From the NCBI GenBank assembly GCA_973895155.1, contig OZ316897.1, positions 7,802,470 to 7,866,469 on the forward strand: 64,000 nucleotides of DNA. Reading direction: 5' to 3'. The notes beneath the pieces were generated by a model. That model saw only the letters and a program-made list of their open reading frames with translations, had not been told where the DNA came from and made no database searches. Source of the stretch: Marsupella aquatica. Lineage: Eukaryota; Plantae; Marchantiophyta. Of the stretch, positions 40,668 to 54,200 are shown piece after piece. Within the stretch, counting starts at the first letter, position 1, and every line of letters begins with the position of its first letter. The translations under genes and the position numbers were made by a program.

Positions 40668-43250
40668 ATGTCGACGGGGCTGATATGCGTGAATCAATCA
40701 CAAGTGGGAATTGTCGAGAAATGGGGACGTTTCTCGCATGTGGCTCAAGCCGGCATGATGTGTCTCAATCCATTCGTGGGGGAGTTTCTAGCGGGTAAAC
40801 TTACTCTGCGAGTGCAGTCCCTGGATGTCCGCTGCGATACTAAAACCAAGGTTTGCTTGCCTTCAGATCTTGTCCTTCACACTGACGTACAGCTGGCTTT
40901 CGATGAAGATCTTCAGGTTTGAGATGGGAAGTGAACTGCATGCGGTCCATAATTCATTCATTTTCTCAACCAACCGGACACTAAAGTGTGTGGGTTCCGA
41001 ATGACCTACCGCAGGCAATGAAGTTTGGCTTTTCTGGATGCTAATCGCACAGGTTGAGTTTGCTCGGTCGCACTTCTGATTGCTTCATTTGTGGCCGCAG
41101 TACTTACAGCTGTGAATCTGGTCAAGTGGTGGGAATTGGTATAGAGGACAGCCTTCTCAGCCCAATTTTACCAGCCTACTAACTATTGAGTTGCAGGAAA
41201 TCAGTGGCCATGACTAAGTTTTCGTTAATGCAGGTTTAGCTGGTGGTAACTTGTCACTGAAGACGAATTTCAGGGACTTGTGAAATTATGAATTGGCTAG
41301 CATAGTGTGGTTTGTTGATTGAGCCTCGGTGCTGAACACATATCTTACTGGGGTTTCACTTGATTGGGAGGGGCCTTGGTGTTATGTTGTTCGAAGGATT
41401 TTTTTTTGGGCGGATTCTCTGCAAGTGGCCTGATTAGGCCTATTGTTTATTCGGTCATGCGGGTTTTAGTTTTATCATCTATCAGTTATTTCAGGAGTGC
41501 TTCTCCTTGACGTCTGATATCTCGCCTTTAAATGGTCATTTTGTGCAGGACAACGTGTTTGTGCTGGTGGTTTGCTCCATCCAATATCGTATTATCCGAC
41601 AGCATGCCGATGATGCCTTTTATGAACTCCAAAACCCCAAGGAGCAGATCCAGTCTTATGTATTTGATGGTAGGATTTCATTTTCACTGAACCCTTTAGC
41701 AGTCTCAAATTGCAAGAACGTAAGTTCAAATTAGAGTACATATGACCTTCACAGTTGCACTCATTTCTCTGGAGGTCATGGGCAGTTCCATCTTTTGGAC
41801 AGACGCTGACTATTGTCCGGTGGAATTGTTAAAATATAGTCAGAACAGGTGCTTTGTTATTTGTTGCCCTTGCTGCAGTAATGATGCTAGTCTCACATAC
41901 CGTCATTTTCCAAATTTTCAGTCGTGCGGGCCTGCGTTCCTAAAATGCTTCTCGACGACGTGTTTGAAAACAAGGATGATGTGGCAAGAAGTGTGTCAGA
42001 CGAGCTCGAAAAGGTGAGAACCAAATGATCAAATTAAATTCATGCCATATCGATAGCACCGTAACTGTGAAAACTCTCCACCGTGATGGAGTGCAGAAGT
42101 AGAATTTTCTGGTTTAACGCAAGCAATCAAGATTTTCTACTTCTTTTGTGTAGGATGATAAGGTGTTGCTGTAGGTAATAGTGCGGGTTGATGGAAGCCT
42201 GTTGGCGCCTAATCAGATAGTACAGGTACTAAGGCCCAGATTGCATTCATAGACATATTGACAAGTGATAAAGTTTTGTTACTCTTTTTGTGGAGGATGA
42301 TTAGGTCTTGTCTATGGGCAGTAATGCGGGTTGATGGAAGCCTGTTGATTCCTAATCAGATAACACAGGTAGTGAGTGTGACATAGTGGTACTCGATTGC
42401 ATGCATAGATAGATTGGTAGATCAAATCTACTCTACCTTTTTCGTCCAAAACCTTGGTTTTCCGTATCTGATGAGGTAAGAGAACAACGAGGAACAGTTT
42501 TATGCACTTGGCTTGCCTGTTCACACCAATGGAGTCGACATGTAAAAGGCATATCTCAAATGTCCTGCTTTTCGGACTTGTGGATTGAAGTTGACTATCG
42601 GGTGTGCAAATAATGCAGGTTATGGGTGCATATGGCTTTAGCATTGAACAGACCCTGATTGTGGACATTGAACCTGACTCGACAGTTCGTCGCGCAATGA
42701 ATGAGATCAATGCAGGTTGGACATTGCCGAACACTGTCAACATTGCTGGACACTGAAGCTTATGTCTATGTTAAGGGCAACAGATTCTAGAGCATTTCTT
42801 TGTGCAGATGCAGTGCATTGCTTCTCTTGTCTGTTTCTCTTACTTTTCTATGTACTTTCGCTTTTCTATCCAGCGCAACGAATGAGAATGGCTGCAGTGG
42901 AGAAAGCTGAGGCTGAGAAAATCCTGCTGGTGAAACGTGCTGAGGGTGAAGCTGAGGCTAAATATCTATCTGGAGTCGGAATTGCACGACAGCGGCAAGC
43001 AATTACCAATGGTCTCCGAGACAGTGTGCTATCCTTTTCAAGCAATGTAGCTGGAACATCTTCTAAGGACGTTATGGATATGGTTCTTCTAACGCAATAC
43101 TTTGACACTATGAAAGAGCTTGGTGATAAATCCAAGAACACCACCGTCTTCCTTCCCCACGGACCTGGCCATGTGCAGGACATTGCGTCGCAAATTCGGG
43201 ATGGGACACTACAGAGCAATGCCGTTCCAGGAGGTCCTCTACCAAAGTAG
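40668..43250 (+). CDS. HIR: Hypersensitive-induced response protein (SPFH/band 7 family), 5 coding exons
   Basis: Exons 40668-40850, 41549-41669, 41922-42013, 42619-42715 and 42874-43250. Motifs [81 protein letters not shown] and FLPHGPGHV. Confidence 0.95.
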
Positions 43251-46200
43251 TCTGATCCAGGTGACTAGGATAAGTGACTTCAACAACATCAACCAGGTCT
43301 TCTCGTTTACTTGGGGGTTTTGGCTCTGGCTGGGAGCTACAGCCCGAGGCGACAGACAAACAACTGAGAGTTGGTTTTCAAATAATTGTCATACTTTCGA
43401 TCTGTATATTTCATTGTAGGTTGTAAACCCTCTTTCTCTAAGACAATCAAACCCATGCAGCGGTTGTAAAAGATGGATCCAAACAGGTTAACATGGAAGA
43501 GAATTCGATATATTGAATGCTCTTCCTGTGGTCCTATTGGAAGCAATGCCTTAGTTAATACAGCCCTCTTTGTTTACGCCTTTCTGTCTCGTTTGTCTGC
43601 TTGGTTTTGTTGCATTTGGTAACCTTCTCTGATTGTTTGGGAATGATGCACAGGTAGTCAGTGGAATAATACATCCTCTTGGCTGCAAACTGCCTAAGTT
43701 TTGATCCAAAAACACGAGACCTGGGCACACTTATTCTGCAAAGGACAACACATACGGAACGTTTCTGCAGCCAGATGAGCACGGGCCATGTGCTTGAGTC
43801 TAGAACCAGATGACCTTATCTTAGTAGAGGTCAGTCTTGCAAATAGTCGTTTGCATTTGATAGAGCTGGGATTAGTTGTGCGTCCTCGTACTAGTCACAC
43901 ACCACTCTACCACATGATCTCTTGGAAACCTCTTTGGCAGCCTCGTTGCAGACAGTAATAGGTGGAGAGTGTTTATGTATACCTGTATGCAGTAGATAGG
44001 GCGGGACCAAGGTGCAAAAGTTGTACGTCGATACCGGCAATTCACTTTCTAAAGTTAAGGTTAAGTTGTGTTGTATAAGAGTGTAAATCGATCGAATGCT
44101 TAGAAGGTGGTTGAGGTTATCGTTTAGTGCAAGTGGATTGATGTGAGTCTGTCCAAGTTCAATTCCCATTTAAGTTCGTATTTTTGTGAGAGGTTTGTGT
44201 TTTATTGATGGTCTTCAAGAATTTAGTCAGTTGTCTACAGTTGTTCATTCAATTGATTGCCCATCTACACCATGGAAGCCAGCAGGCCCCCTGATGGATT
44301 CGAAAATATAACTGCAAGAAAGGATGTAAGAAACAAAGAGTGGGCATGCCTGAATCCTTAACAGGAAGAGCAATGCATATATCTGATGCCAAACTGAAGG
44401 GCATTCTCCGATAACATGTATGTCATTAGTAGCGAAAACCAAGAAGGAAGACAAAACCTCACGTCAAATCGTGCCCCCCAAAATCAAAATGTGAACAACG
44501 CCGTGCCAAAAGTCACTTCTATCGGAGATTGATAACGTAACGCCAACAATTTAGGTAGGACTGTTCTCCACGCCCGAAATTCACTGGTGAACTCGAAATT
44601 TCTGATTACCAAGCAAGGTTTCTGGTGCTCACAATACCAAAGAAAATCTGCAATTTTTCTGGTATTGACAAGCAAATTGTCGTGTATGGCTTAGATATAG
44701 ATCATGAATGATTTCCACATAAATTGTTGCCTATTATGGGTTAGCTATACATCATGAACGATAAATTATTGCTTATGGCTTAGCGGTAGATCATGAAATA
44801 TTACTACATAAATTATTGCATGCTGCTTTTCTCTTACTGGATAAATGAGAAGTACTACCACATAAATTATTGCCTGTCGCTTTTCTCTTACTGAATGAAT
44901 TATTGTGGATGGCTTAACTATAGATCATGAAGTAAAGTTAAGATACTACACTAAATTACAGCATATACAGTCCAAAGGGGCATGGCTGTGTGGTAGCTCA
45001 CTCAAGTAATGACTTGTAGATCTTGGGTTCAAATGCTGTGGTTAATTTTTCCCTTTCTGTGAGATTTCACAAATTTCCCCTTAAAATTAAAATTAATCAA
45101 AAATTAATAAATTTTTCTTGGGCTTAATTTGGAGTAGCTTTTGATTGGATGTTCTGAGTTAAAGAGACCGGCCTGATTATCTGGCCTTGAACATAATAGA
45201 GATGAGGAGAGGAGACCAGAAAAACCTGACCAGTGATCGCCAGAATTGTTTTAAGACCTTTCTTGGAGTATAGTTCAATCTAAAACCCCTACCTAGAGCT
45301 CCATTTTAGTTTGTAATCACAGTCTGGAAAAAGGTTACATCCTAGTTAGGACCCCTGCACAGAGCTCCATTATAGTTCATAAATGCTGTCCGGAAAGTAG
45401 AGTACGGACATGTAAACATTTTTGGAAGCCTTGTAATTTGTTGCCTGGAAATAACTCTATTCTGGACATAAATTATCTACTACAATGCATGTCTGGGCAG
45501 CCTAAACCTTACTCCAGGCTACTCCTGATCAGGTTTTCTTCACTTTCATATATATCACCCCTGACCAGACCTTCATTATTATACTATACATAATTACTGT
45601 CCAGAGAAGGGTTACTCCCGGCCGATTATGAATAGGATAATGTCCTGGTTAGAGGGCATTATGAGATATAATGCCCTGAAAAATGAGGGTGGCAGCCCAA
45701 GTTTTGAGGGCATTATTCTCATAATGCCAGTAACTAGGACATTAATGTGCGTAAAAACTTGAATGATTTTTAGGTAACAAACAAGAAAAAATGAATCTCT
45801 GAATAGAAAATCCAAGCACAAGGGCCTGCAATTGGCCAAAGGCATGAAAGAAGTTAAAAATAATCTTGTAATTTTGATACAAATTATTATGTTACTTTAC
45901 TTGATAACACTATATTTGGGTTTTACCTTTCCTATTTTAGTGATACTTCAATTCACTTTGATGAGTCACGAGAACCACAATGAATACTCGTCGTTTACCC
46001 CCTTCTGTTTTTTGCGAGTCAACACGTACTGGCAACGGGCTGCAACCAGTGCATATTGGTTCGATATGTGTTGGGCACCGAGACTGTGAACAGTCGCCAA
46101 AGATGCATGGTTCAAACCAGCTTCCTCGAAATGCCGGGCTCATGAACAGTGAATCCTATTACCACTAATCCACCCGAAATCACCCATTGTCAGCGGCAAT

Positions 46201-46560
46201 TCCAAAATGGCGGGAAAGAAAAGAAAAGCTCAATTTCAGATGAACTACTGCTCTCGCCAGAGGTCGAGCCCAATCTAAGATTCGACATTCATTTGACGAA
46301 TGTTATGAATTTGTAACAAAGTGGAGGCAGTCACGTACACTGTGTGCAGAGTGAGGTCTGCATGGATGTCAGTCACGTCTGCCAATTTATACAAGTTCAC
46401 GACCATACACGACAGTGCTGTATCTCTGATCAAGGTAACCTTGCACACCACTGCGCATCAATCCAATGAAGACTCCTTGCAAGCATTTCCACATTGCCAG
46501 ATATGTCAGTTTTGATTCATTAATTGTTTCATTTCCATTGTTGTGGACTATCAGATACGA

Positions 46561-49500
46561 ATGGCAGAGCATCGACAGATTCACTTCAATATTCATAGGA
46601 CGGTTCACGAAGTGCCAAACTCCGTGCCATGGTCCTATGGTACAAAGCTCCCACGATTCATGTGTGACCGAACTCAGGTTCCCGGGCCTGGGAAATTTCT
46701 GATTGAAGACTTGGAGTGGGTGCATGAAGAACGAAGCTTGGATTCCCAAGTCAAGGCTTGTTGATTTTCTCAAGGGCGAAGAAAGTTGGCCTGGTTTCAA
46801 CACTTGTTTCAAAGTGCAAGGTACCGAAAGAAGGAATGAAAATTCTGGAACGATAGAAGTTAGGTACTGGTGTAGCTATGGTCCGAGAGATGACAGGGAC
46901 AATGTGAAGCCAAGCATTGTTATCCAAAGGAAAGATGGAAGCACAGGACAGGTCCCTATGAGAAGAACTACAGAAATTGGAGGTAGCTTCAGAAGGGGGT
47001 GTAGATGTGCTGCTACGGATGCATTGCAAGGAATAAAGAGACAATGCACACCAAATCTGCCATGGTTTGCATGACCCAACAACATTACTGTAACATTGTG
47101 CTCATATTGCTCCATATCTCAATGGAGCTCAGGGAAAGTATTGAGAGGCTGCTCAGGACTGGGGTGTCGCCCAGAGGAATCATGAAAATGCACAGAGAGG
47201 AACTTAGAGTTCAATATCGGACTGACCATCCAACAGATGATGGACAGGTGATTTGATCCAAAGATGTGTTTGTCCCTCAAAGATATACACAATGTGCAAA
47301 GGGAGTTGAACAGGCAATACGAACATTGGAGTTCAGAGGATTCCACTGGATTGAAGTTGTGGGTTGAGGCAAATGGTGGCAATGTACTATTTTACCAAGA
47401 ACCAGATGACTCCTCCAAAACCCCCTTCATTTTTGTGTTTGCCACTGAGTGGATGATGACAAAAATGGCAACTCTTGGGCACAACAATGCTGACATTGCA
47501 CTAGATGGAACCTTTCAAATTGGCACAAATGAGTATGGGGTCAGTTCTCTTACTTCATGGCTTGTTCTGCAAGTTGGGGTTTTGTATGACTGATCAGATT
47601 TTAGATGACTTCCCTTTTTTTTCAATTCACTAACCTTAACTGTCTTTCATGAAATTTTTGCAGTATGAACTGCACGCCTTGTTGTGTTTTGACGAATGGC
47701 AAAATGGCATCCCAACTTGTTGGGCGCTGACGGAATCCAAGGCGGAAACCGATTAATTTGCGGATTGTTCTTCAGGCTGTGAAAGGAGCTGTTGAACAAA
47801 CCAGGACCAAAGTTGTCAAATTACAGGACCCGTGGATGCCCTCGACATTTCTTGTTGATTGTGCTGATGAGGAGCACAATGCCTTGATGTAAGACATGCT
47901 CCTCACCCTCATTGGTATAATTGTCCTCCCTTTGTACATTTTGCTTACTCCCTATGTATTTTTGGCCATCGTTGTGGCTAAACATTTTTGGCCTACTATG
48001 TCCTCTTGGAAAAATGCCATTTTTCCAAACCCCTCAAAATCTTCCCTCATTCACCCAATAGACTAAGTAGCACCCCCTGATTCCAAATCTGAAGTTATTT
48101 TTTGAAGATGACTCTTCCTTCCTATGATACCCGTGTTTTCCCAAAACTGGAGTGCCTTTGTATTTTTCGCCATCTATGTCCCAAAACCCCCCCACTTTGG
48201 AGCTCCTCTTGGAAAATGCCATTTTTCCAAACCCCTCAAAAACTTCCCTCATTCACCCAGTAGACTAAGCAGCACCCCCTGATTCCAAATCTGAAGTTAT
48301 TTTTTGAAGATGACTCTTCCTTCCTATGATAACCCTGTACGTTTTCACTAAAATTTAGTGCCTTTGTATTTTTTGCCATCTATGTCCCAAAACGGACTTT
48401 GGAGCTCCTCTTGGAAAAATGTCATTTTTCCAAACCCCTAAAAAACTTCCCTCATTCATCCAGTAGACTAAGCAGCACCCCCTGATTCCAAATCTGAAGT
48501 TATTTTTTGAAGATGACTCTTCCTTCCTATGATACCCCTGTTTTCCCGAAACTTTAGTGCCTTTGTATTTTTTGCCATCTATGTCCCAAAACCCCCCACT
48601 TTGGAGCTCCTCTTGGAAAAATGCCGTTTTTCCAAACCCCTAAAAAACTTCCCTCATTCACCCAGTAGATTAGGTGCACCCCCTTATTCCAAATGTGAAC
48701 TAAGTCAGATTTCCAATATGTGTTGTCCCTGGACCCTGGGTACAGTAATTTTGCACCCCTTACTCTTTCATTGCCAATTTGTCCGATGCCTTTCATCTTT
48801 TCAGTAGTTAGACCTTAACTTCCCCATACATACCCCCCTCATGAGTATATGGGTTTCATTCTTTGACAGATCACTATGGCCTGGAGTCCCTATTGTATTG
48901 TGTTTGTGGCATGTTTGACGTGCCCAATACACAAACTTGAAGAAAATACCGGACCCAATTTCAAGGGCCGAGGTGAATAAGGAGTTGGGCGACATCATGG
49001 GCGCACTTGCAACATGTACACTTCGCAGTGCTATTTCCTGGGATGTTTCTTAAGGATGTATTTTTTGGGGTCATGTTTGGTGCCAGGTTTTTTTTTCACA
49101 CTTGGGTTTTTGTTCACACTTGGGTTTTTTGCAGATGCTGTGAACATGTCCCATAACTTCATGACAAGGTGGATTGGCAAGCATAAGGACTTTGTTGCAT
49201 ACTATGAGAAAGAGTGGCACCATAGAGTGGAGAGGTGGGTGAGAAATTTCAGGAAGTTCAAACATGCCAACCAGGACACTAATGGAGCAGTGGAGCGGTG
49301 GCATGCTACTCTTAAGTTGCACTTGAGGACGGAGAAGCCTTTCAAGCTAGGACGGAAGGTAGTGTGGCTAGTGACACAGCTAGTGAATGAGCTAGAACAT
49401 TTCTTCTGGTGCTTGTCGTGTATGAAGTGGCAAGGCAGGGTGAGAAACAAGAACATTGAGAACTATCATGTGTGGTCGGCTATTCTTAGAGCCAGGACTA

Positions 49501-50160
49501 TCCCGGATGGTGATGTGACTTTCTTCACTCAGAGTGGTCCGAACAGCAATGTTGAAGTCCCAGAAACCACCAAAGACCAACAGTCACATACTGGAGAACT
49601 ACGGGAGTGAAGAGTGTGTTTGCGAAAGCTCCATCCAGGGGAACACTTGTAAACACCAGGTAAAGATTCTGAGTATGAAGGGGATGACAGAAATTGAGAT
49701 TCTGCAGCGATTTGCATTGGCACACAATTTGGCAGCATGGTAGCACCTACTTGCACATTTGAGAGACCAAAGTTTGGAGAATTGTTTGAGGACGTGGAAC
49801 TGCCTCCATGTTTCAACATCACTCTCCCCATGGACAATAGTGCTCGCAATAGTGATGGATTCGATGAGCACTCAACAGAGAGACAGGAAGGCAGATCAGA
49901 TGTTGTGGAAGCATTCATGGATGATGATTTCAAAGAAGTTGTCGATGATACACTTCTGAATTGTGATGGGGACTTGAATATGAGAAGCATTGCAATGACG
50001 AAACTAAAGAATTGGAGGCATGACATAAAGAACATCGTCGCACATAATGCAAGGAAGCAAGATCGTGACCTCCGAAGTGCAACGGCAAGCCGGGCGGCAA
50101 GCAAGACTGCAAGGACCTTAAAGCGAATAGACCCGAAGAACAGCCAGAAAAGGCACTTGA
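46561..50160 (+). pseudogene. Mutator-like (MULE) transposase with SWIM finger, 5' part; degenerate and interrupted at 50160
   Basis: YWCSYGP...RRGCRC, LFYQE...PFIFVFATEWM...GHNN..ALDGTF, LCFDEWQNGIP, FLVDCADEE, LCLWHV, TNGAVERWHATLK and SWIM CVCESSIQGNTCKH. Contains stops, frameshifts and introns. Confidence 0.88.
47955..48695. repeat. ~202-bp tandem repeat (~3.5 copies) inside a MULE intron
   Basis: The (a/g)tttttccaaacccc...cttccctcattcacccag motif recurs at 48019, 48221, 48424 and 48626. Confidence 0.88.
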
Positions 50161-50187
50161 AACACAGTGACGGACCGAACGAGAAGT
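50161..50187 (+). repeat. Left TIR AACACAGTGACGGACCGAACGAGAAGT
   Basis: Reverse complement of 62890-62916 with one mismatch; followed by a second AAACGAGAAGTGTG motif at 50197-50210. Confidence 0.9.
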
Positions 50188-51042
50188 ATTACCACCAAAC
50201 GAGAAGTGTGTTTTCGATTTCGCGAAAAACGGTGAAAAATCACTAAAATTAAGATCAAAAACGCTATTTTGAGGATGAATCCAAAATCGCATCCAACATC
50301 GGATTTCAAATCGAGATACTGTCGACACAAAAACAAAGAATTGTTACAATCCAGAATTACGATACACTTCATCTAAAAAAAGGGCAAATTACAAAACCTA
50401 GAAAAACAATGTTTTTCACGTGATCCTCTAAAAGCTAAATCCGAGAGTCAAACAAAATGAAGAAAACACAAGATTTCATTTTCGCCTTAAAAATGGCAAA
50501 CTGTTGAACGTGGACGAAAACCGCACCAAATCATTCTCTTGACGCTTCCATTTAACCTCGGGTTAAAAATATTTGAATTTTTAACTGAGGTAAACCGGAA
50601 AACTGTGAAAAACTAACCGCGGACTACAGTCGACCCACACAGTTAGTTAAGTTAACCCGATGACAAGTTCGGAATTTTTTTAGCCCATAACGCATGATGA
50701 ATAAGAGACGGGATCCAAGTATCCACTCTCGTATTCAACCTCAATGTTTTCCACCTGAAACTTTGCATCAGATCTTTCGACATGAATACCAACTGAGATC
50801 CATGGATCCCGTTTTTTTCGCAAGTCCAAAAACTCATCGGGAAAACAGGAGGATGAATACCAGATCTAGTATTCAACCTCTACATTTTGAAGTTTTTGCA
50901 TCGCATACCTTGATATTCCAGTTAGAAGACCAACTCGGATCCACGGCGACTTCCTCAAAAATCTACAATTTAAATTTCAGCATTCTTGGAAAAGACACAC
51001 TCTCACTTGAAAAAACCCTCGTATGGACCAATCAGGGAATGC

Positions 51043-51073
51043 CACGTGTACAATGCCCGCAAAAACTATAAAA
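51043..51073 (+). promoter_or_regulatory. Putative transposase promoter (G-box CACGTG + TATAAAA)
   Basis: CACGTG at 51043-51048 and TATAAAA at 51067-51073, ~150 bp upstream of the ATG at 51221. Confidence 0.45.
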
Positions 51074-51220
51074 GGAAGAGCTCGCATTTGTTTTTCATCT
51101 TCATTTCTCGCGATTACTTTGAGGTTCGTTCACTATTGAGTAGTTGTTTTCATAGAATACTGTAATCTGAAGTATCTCTGTTGGATAGGAATACGTACTC
51201 CTATACAACCCTTGTTCTCT

Positions 51221-54200
51221 ATGGCGTCTTCAAGTGATGAGTCAATTTACAATTCAGATGCATCTTCGCCAGATGTTGTACGAAAATTTATTCCATCTCG
51301 TTTGATGAATGAATTACCAGCCTCACAGAGAGTAGTGCCAGAGATTTCATTTTCCTCCGAATCTGAGAAATCAGAGTCCGATTCAGAGTCTTGTAGGAGT
51401 GTTGTGGGTGCTCCAATTTCATACTATGTCTCTCCAAGTAAACCTCTTAAACGACGTCTACTTGTAAAAAAGCCTAATGTAGTTCCTACGACAGAGATAG
51501 TACCTGGTTCTCCGCGAACCCCAATAGATCTTCGAAGACGAAGGCCCCGGTTTTTAATGCCAAGAACAACGTTACCATGTAGGCCCGCCCGAAGATCTCC
51601 GTTGGTTTTTCCAATGTCTCGTTCTCCGGGAGTGAAGATAGCTGTGTCCAGTGTTCAATCACAGTTTGAGCGAATGAGGAGTCCGAATGTGCCGGAATTG
51701 CAGGGAGGGGAAGCCTCGGAGCCAAATTTGGGGGGTCGAATACCAAGTGGGATCCGTGGATCCCACTTGGTATTCCCTACTCGAATGTTGAGAAACGGTG
51801 AACGCGAATTGCCTATTTCGTCTCCTTCAGTACCAAATTCCATGGGTCAAATACGAAGTGGGATCCATGGATCCCACTTAGTATTCCCTCGTGGTATTTT
51901 GCAGAATCCTATGCCCGAGTCACCTGTCTTGCGGACTTCCAACCCGAGTTCCGATGGTGGAATGCGAAATGGGATACGTGGATCCCAGTTTGTATTGCGC
52001 AACGGAAAATTGCCAAGTCATGACGTAGAACAGCAAGTGGGAAAGTTTTCACTTCGAAGTCCCGAAGGACGAATACGAGTTGGGATCCATCGATCCCAAT
52101 CGGTATTCCCATCGGTTATTTCACCGAATGGTCAAACTAACAACATGGGGCTCCGAAGCCCTTTGGCGAGGATGCAGTGTGAGGTTTTTGGATCTTCCAT
52201 TGGACGGCAAGTGCAGAACGAAAGAGGGAAGAGATCTAGTGTCCAGAAAATTCCTCGGAGATTGTTGCGAAGTGAGCTGCCGGAGAGAAGGCCCGAAAAT
52301 TCAAGGGTACATGCTAAATTGAAACTTGTCCAAAGATTATTCAATGGTCAAGATGAGCCCTCAAGTCGAGAAGAATCACCTAGGCTGGGATTACAGTCTC
52401 AGAGACAAGTGGGCGGTACTGCGACTGATGATGTGAATATCATTGGAAGATTTCAAACTAGAAATCTCCGAACACCTATTACATTTTCAGAAGACTCTGA
52501 AGAGAGATCAGAGGCGGCTGCAAATGACAGAGAGACTGCTATAATCTCAAATGTTGTTGAAGAGATCCTGGGATGTGAGATTGTTAATGAAACAGTTACA
52601 GAAAATGTGATGAGTGTAAACAACTCAAAAGATCTTTTTGTTTTGAATTCTAATTCACTAGAAAATAGTGGGGGGGTAAGTTCTCCCGACACTATTTAGG
52701 ATAGAGTAGAGGTGACAAGACCCAGCAAAAAAATCAGAGATCAGATGATTAGAAAAGATAGACTTACCATTGCAAATCTAAAAAAACGCAAAATTAAAGA
52801 TATTTTTAAGTATCCTTGTTGTGACAAGTTTTGCTTGAGGTCTCTGGGTCTAGAGGAATGCTCAAAACAACGCAAGTATTATTTTGGTCTTAAACACTTG
52901 CAGAAAAATATTTTGCTACGAGGTTGTATCATGAACAGTAGTAGTACTTCTCGTGGATATAGTGTAAATGGACAACCTATATGTAGAGGAGGATTCAAGA
53001 AACTATATTCTTTAGGTAATAATAGATTGGCAACAATCCATGCAAACATGTTTACAAGGATTGAATGAGATACCTTTTGTAAGGAAGACTCACCTTCATT
53101 TCTAAACCTGGTGGAATGGTTGAAAGATTTTTTCCAAAAAAATATGGATAGTCTTCCCCATAAAGAGATTCATCACTTGCCAGACAATTGGACAAAGCAA
53201 GAGATACATGGAATCTTTGAAGCTGAAACAATGTTGCGAGAAGAACAACAAGTTACATATTCTTATTTTTTGCGTGTTTGGAAAAAAAAGTTTCCAAATG
53301 TACGAATACCTAAAAGGAGTCGATTTTCTACTTGTGGTCCTTGTACTGAATTCAAGGCTCTTCGGGACAAAGCAACAACTGAAGAGGATAAAAGTAAGCA
53401 CCACTAACTATAACCTTCAGCTTTAATTTGATGACATGTACTTCAATATTTGTCAAAGTTTATCCTTAGTTATTAATTTTTGATTCATTGTTATTGTATC
53501 ATTTCAGGAAAGTACATCAATGCCCTTATGGAGCATAGAAAAGTACAATCATTGGAAAGGATGAAGTTAGCCAAGCATCGTAAAAAATGCTATGATGAAC
53601 CCAACAAGTATTTGGGTATTTGTATAGATGGTATGGATCAAAAGAAAACAGAGCTACCACATTTTCTTCGTTGTCCAAAGAATATGGATGAAAAATATTT
53701 CATTCCAATACATGTTGTAGGTTGTCTCATCTTCAACAGGAACCTTGCAACAAAAGTATTTTTGACATATCCCAATATCCATAATGATGCAAACTTGACC
53801 ATACATGTTATTCAAAATGTATTGAATACATGGGATGGGACATTACCAAGAGTGTTATATCTTCAATTAGATAATACCACTAGGGAAAACAAGAATAAAT
53901 TCTTGATGGCTTATCTTCACATGTTAGTAGATTTGAAGATTTTTGACAAGATTAAAGTGGGTTTCTTGTTGGTCGGTCATACACATGACCAGATAGATCA
54001 GATGTTTAGTAAATTTTCATCTAGGTTAAACAAGCACAAAGCATTTCGCTTGGAGACTCTTGAGGATATTATTCTACGAGCATATTCACCTGAAGCTTTG
54101 ATCATATTTGTGCATGAAGTAGCCAATTTTTGAAAATTTGTTAATGAAACCGACCAGCCAAATGAGAAGGGAGTCTCAGGTAGAGTCTTGAGAGATCTCA

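Noticed and set aside
42150-42420. Duplicated ~140-bp segment in HIR intron 3, considered as an intronic snoRNA pair
   Set aside because: Only imperfect C-box-like ATGAT(A/T)A and no terminal CTGA or clear H/ACA structure; most simply a local duplication.
44690-44945. Degenerate short tandem repeats (ataaattattgc...tagatcatgaa)
   Set aside because: Ordinary decayed minisatellite with no associated structure.
50163-50169. CACAGTG in the TIR equals the RAG/Transib RSS heptamer
   Set aside because: It sits 2 bp inside the terminus, the TSD is 4 bp rather than 5, and the transposase motifs are DUF7869-type rather than Transib/RAG1. Treated as coincidence.
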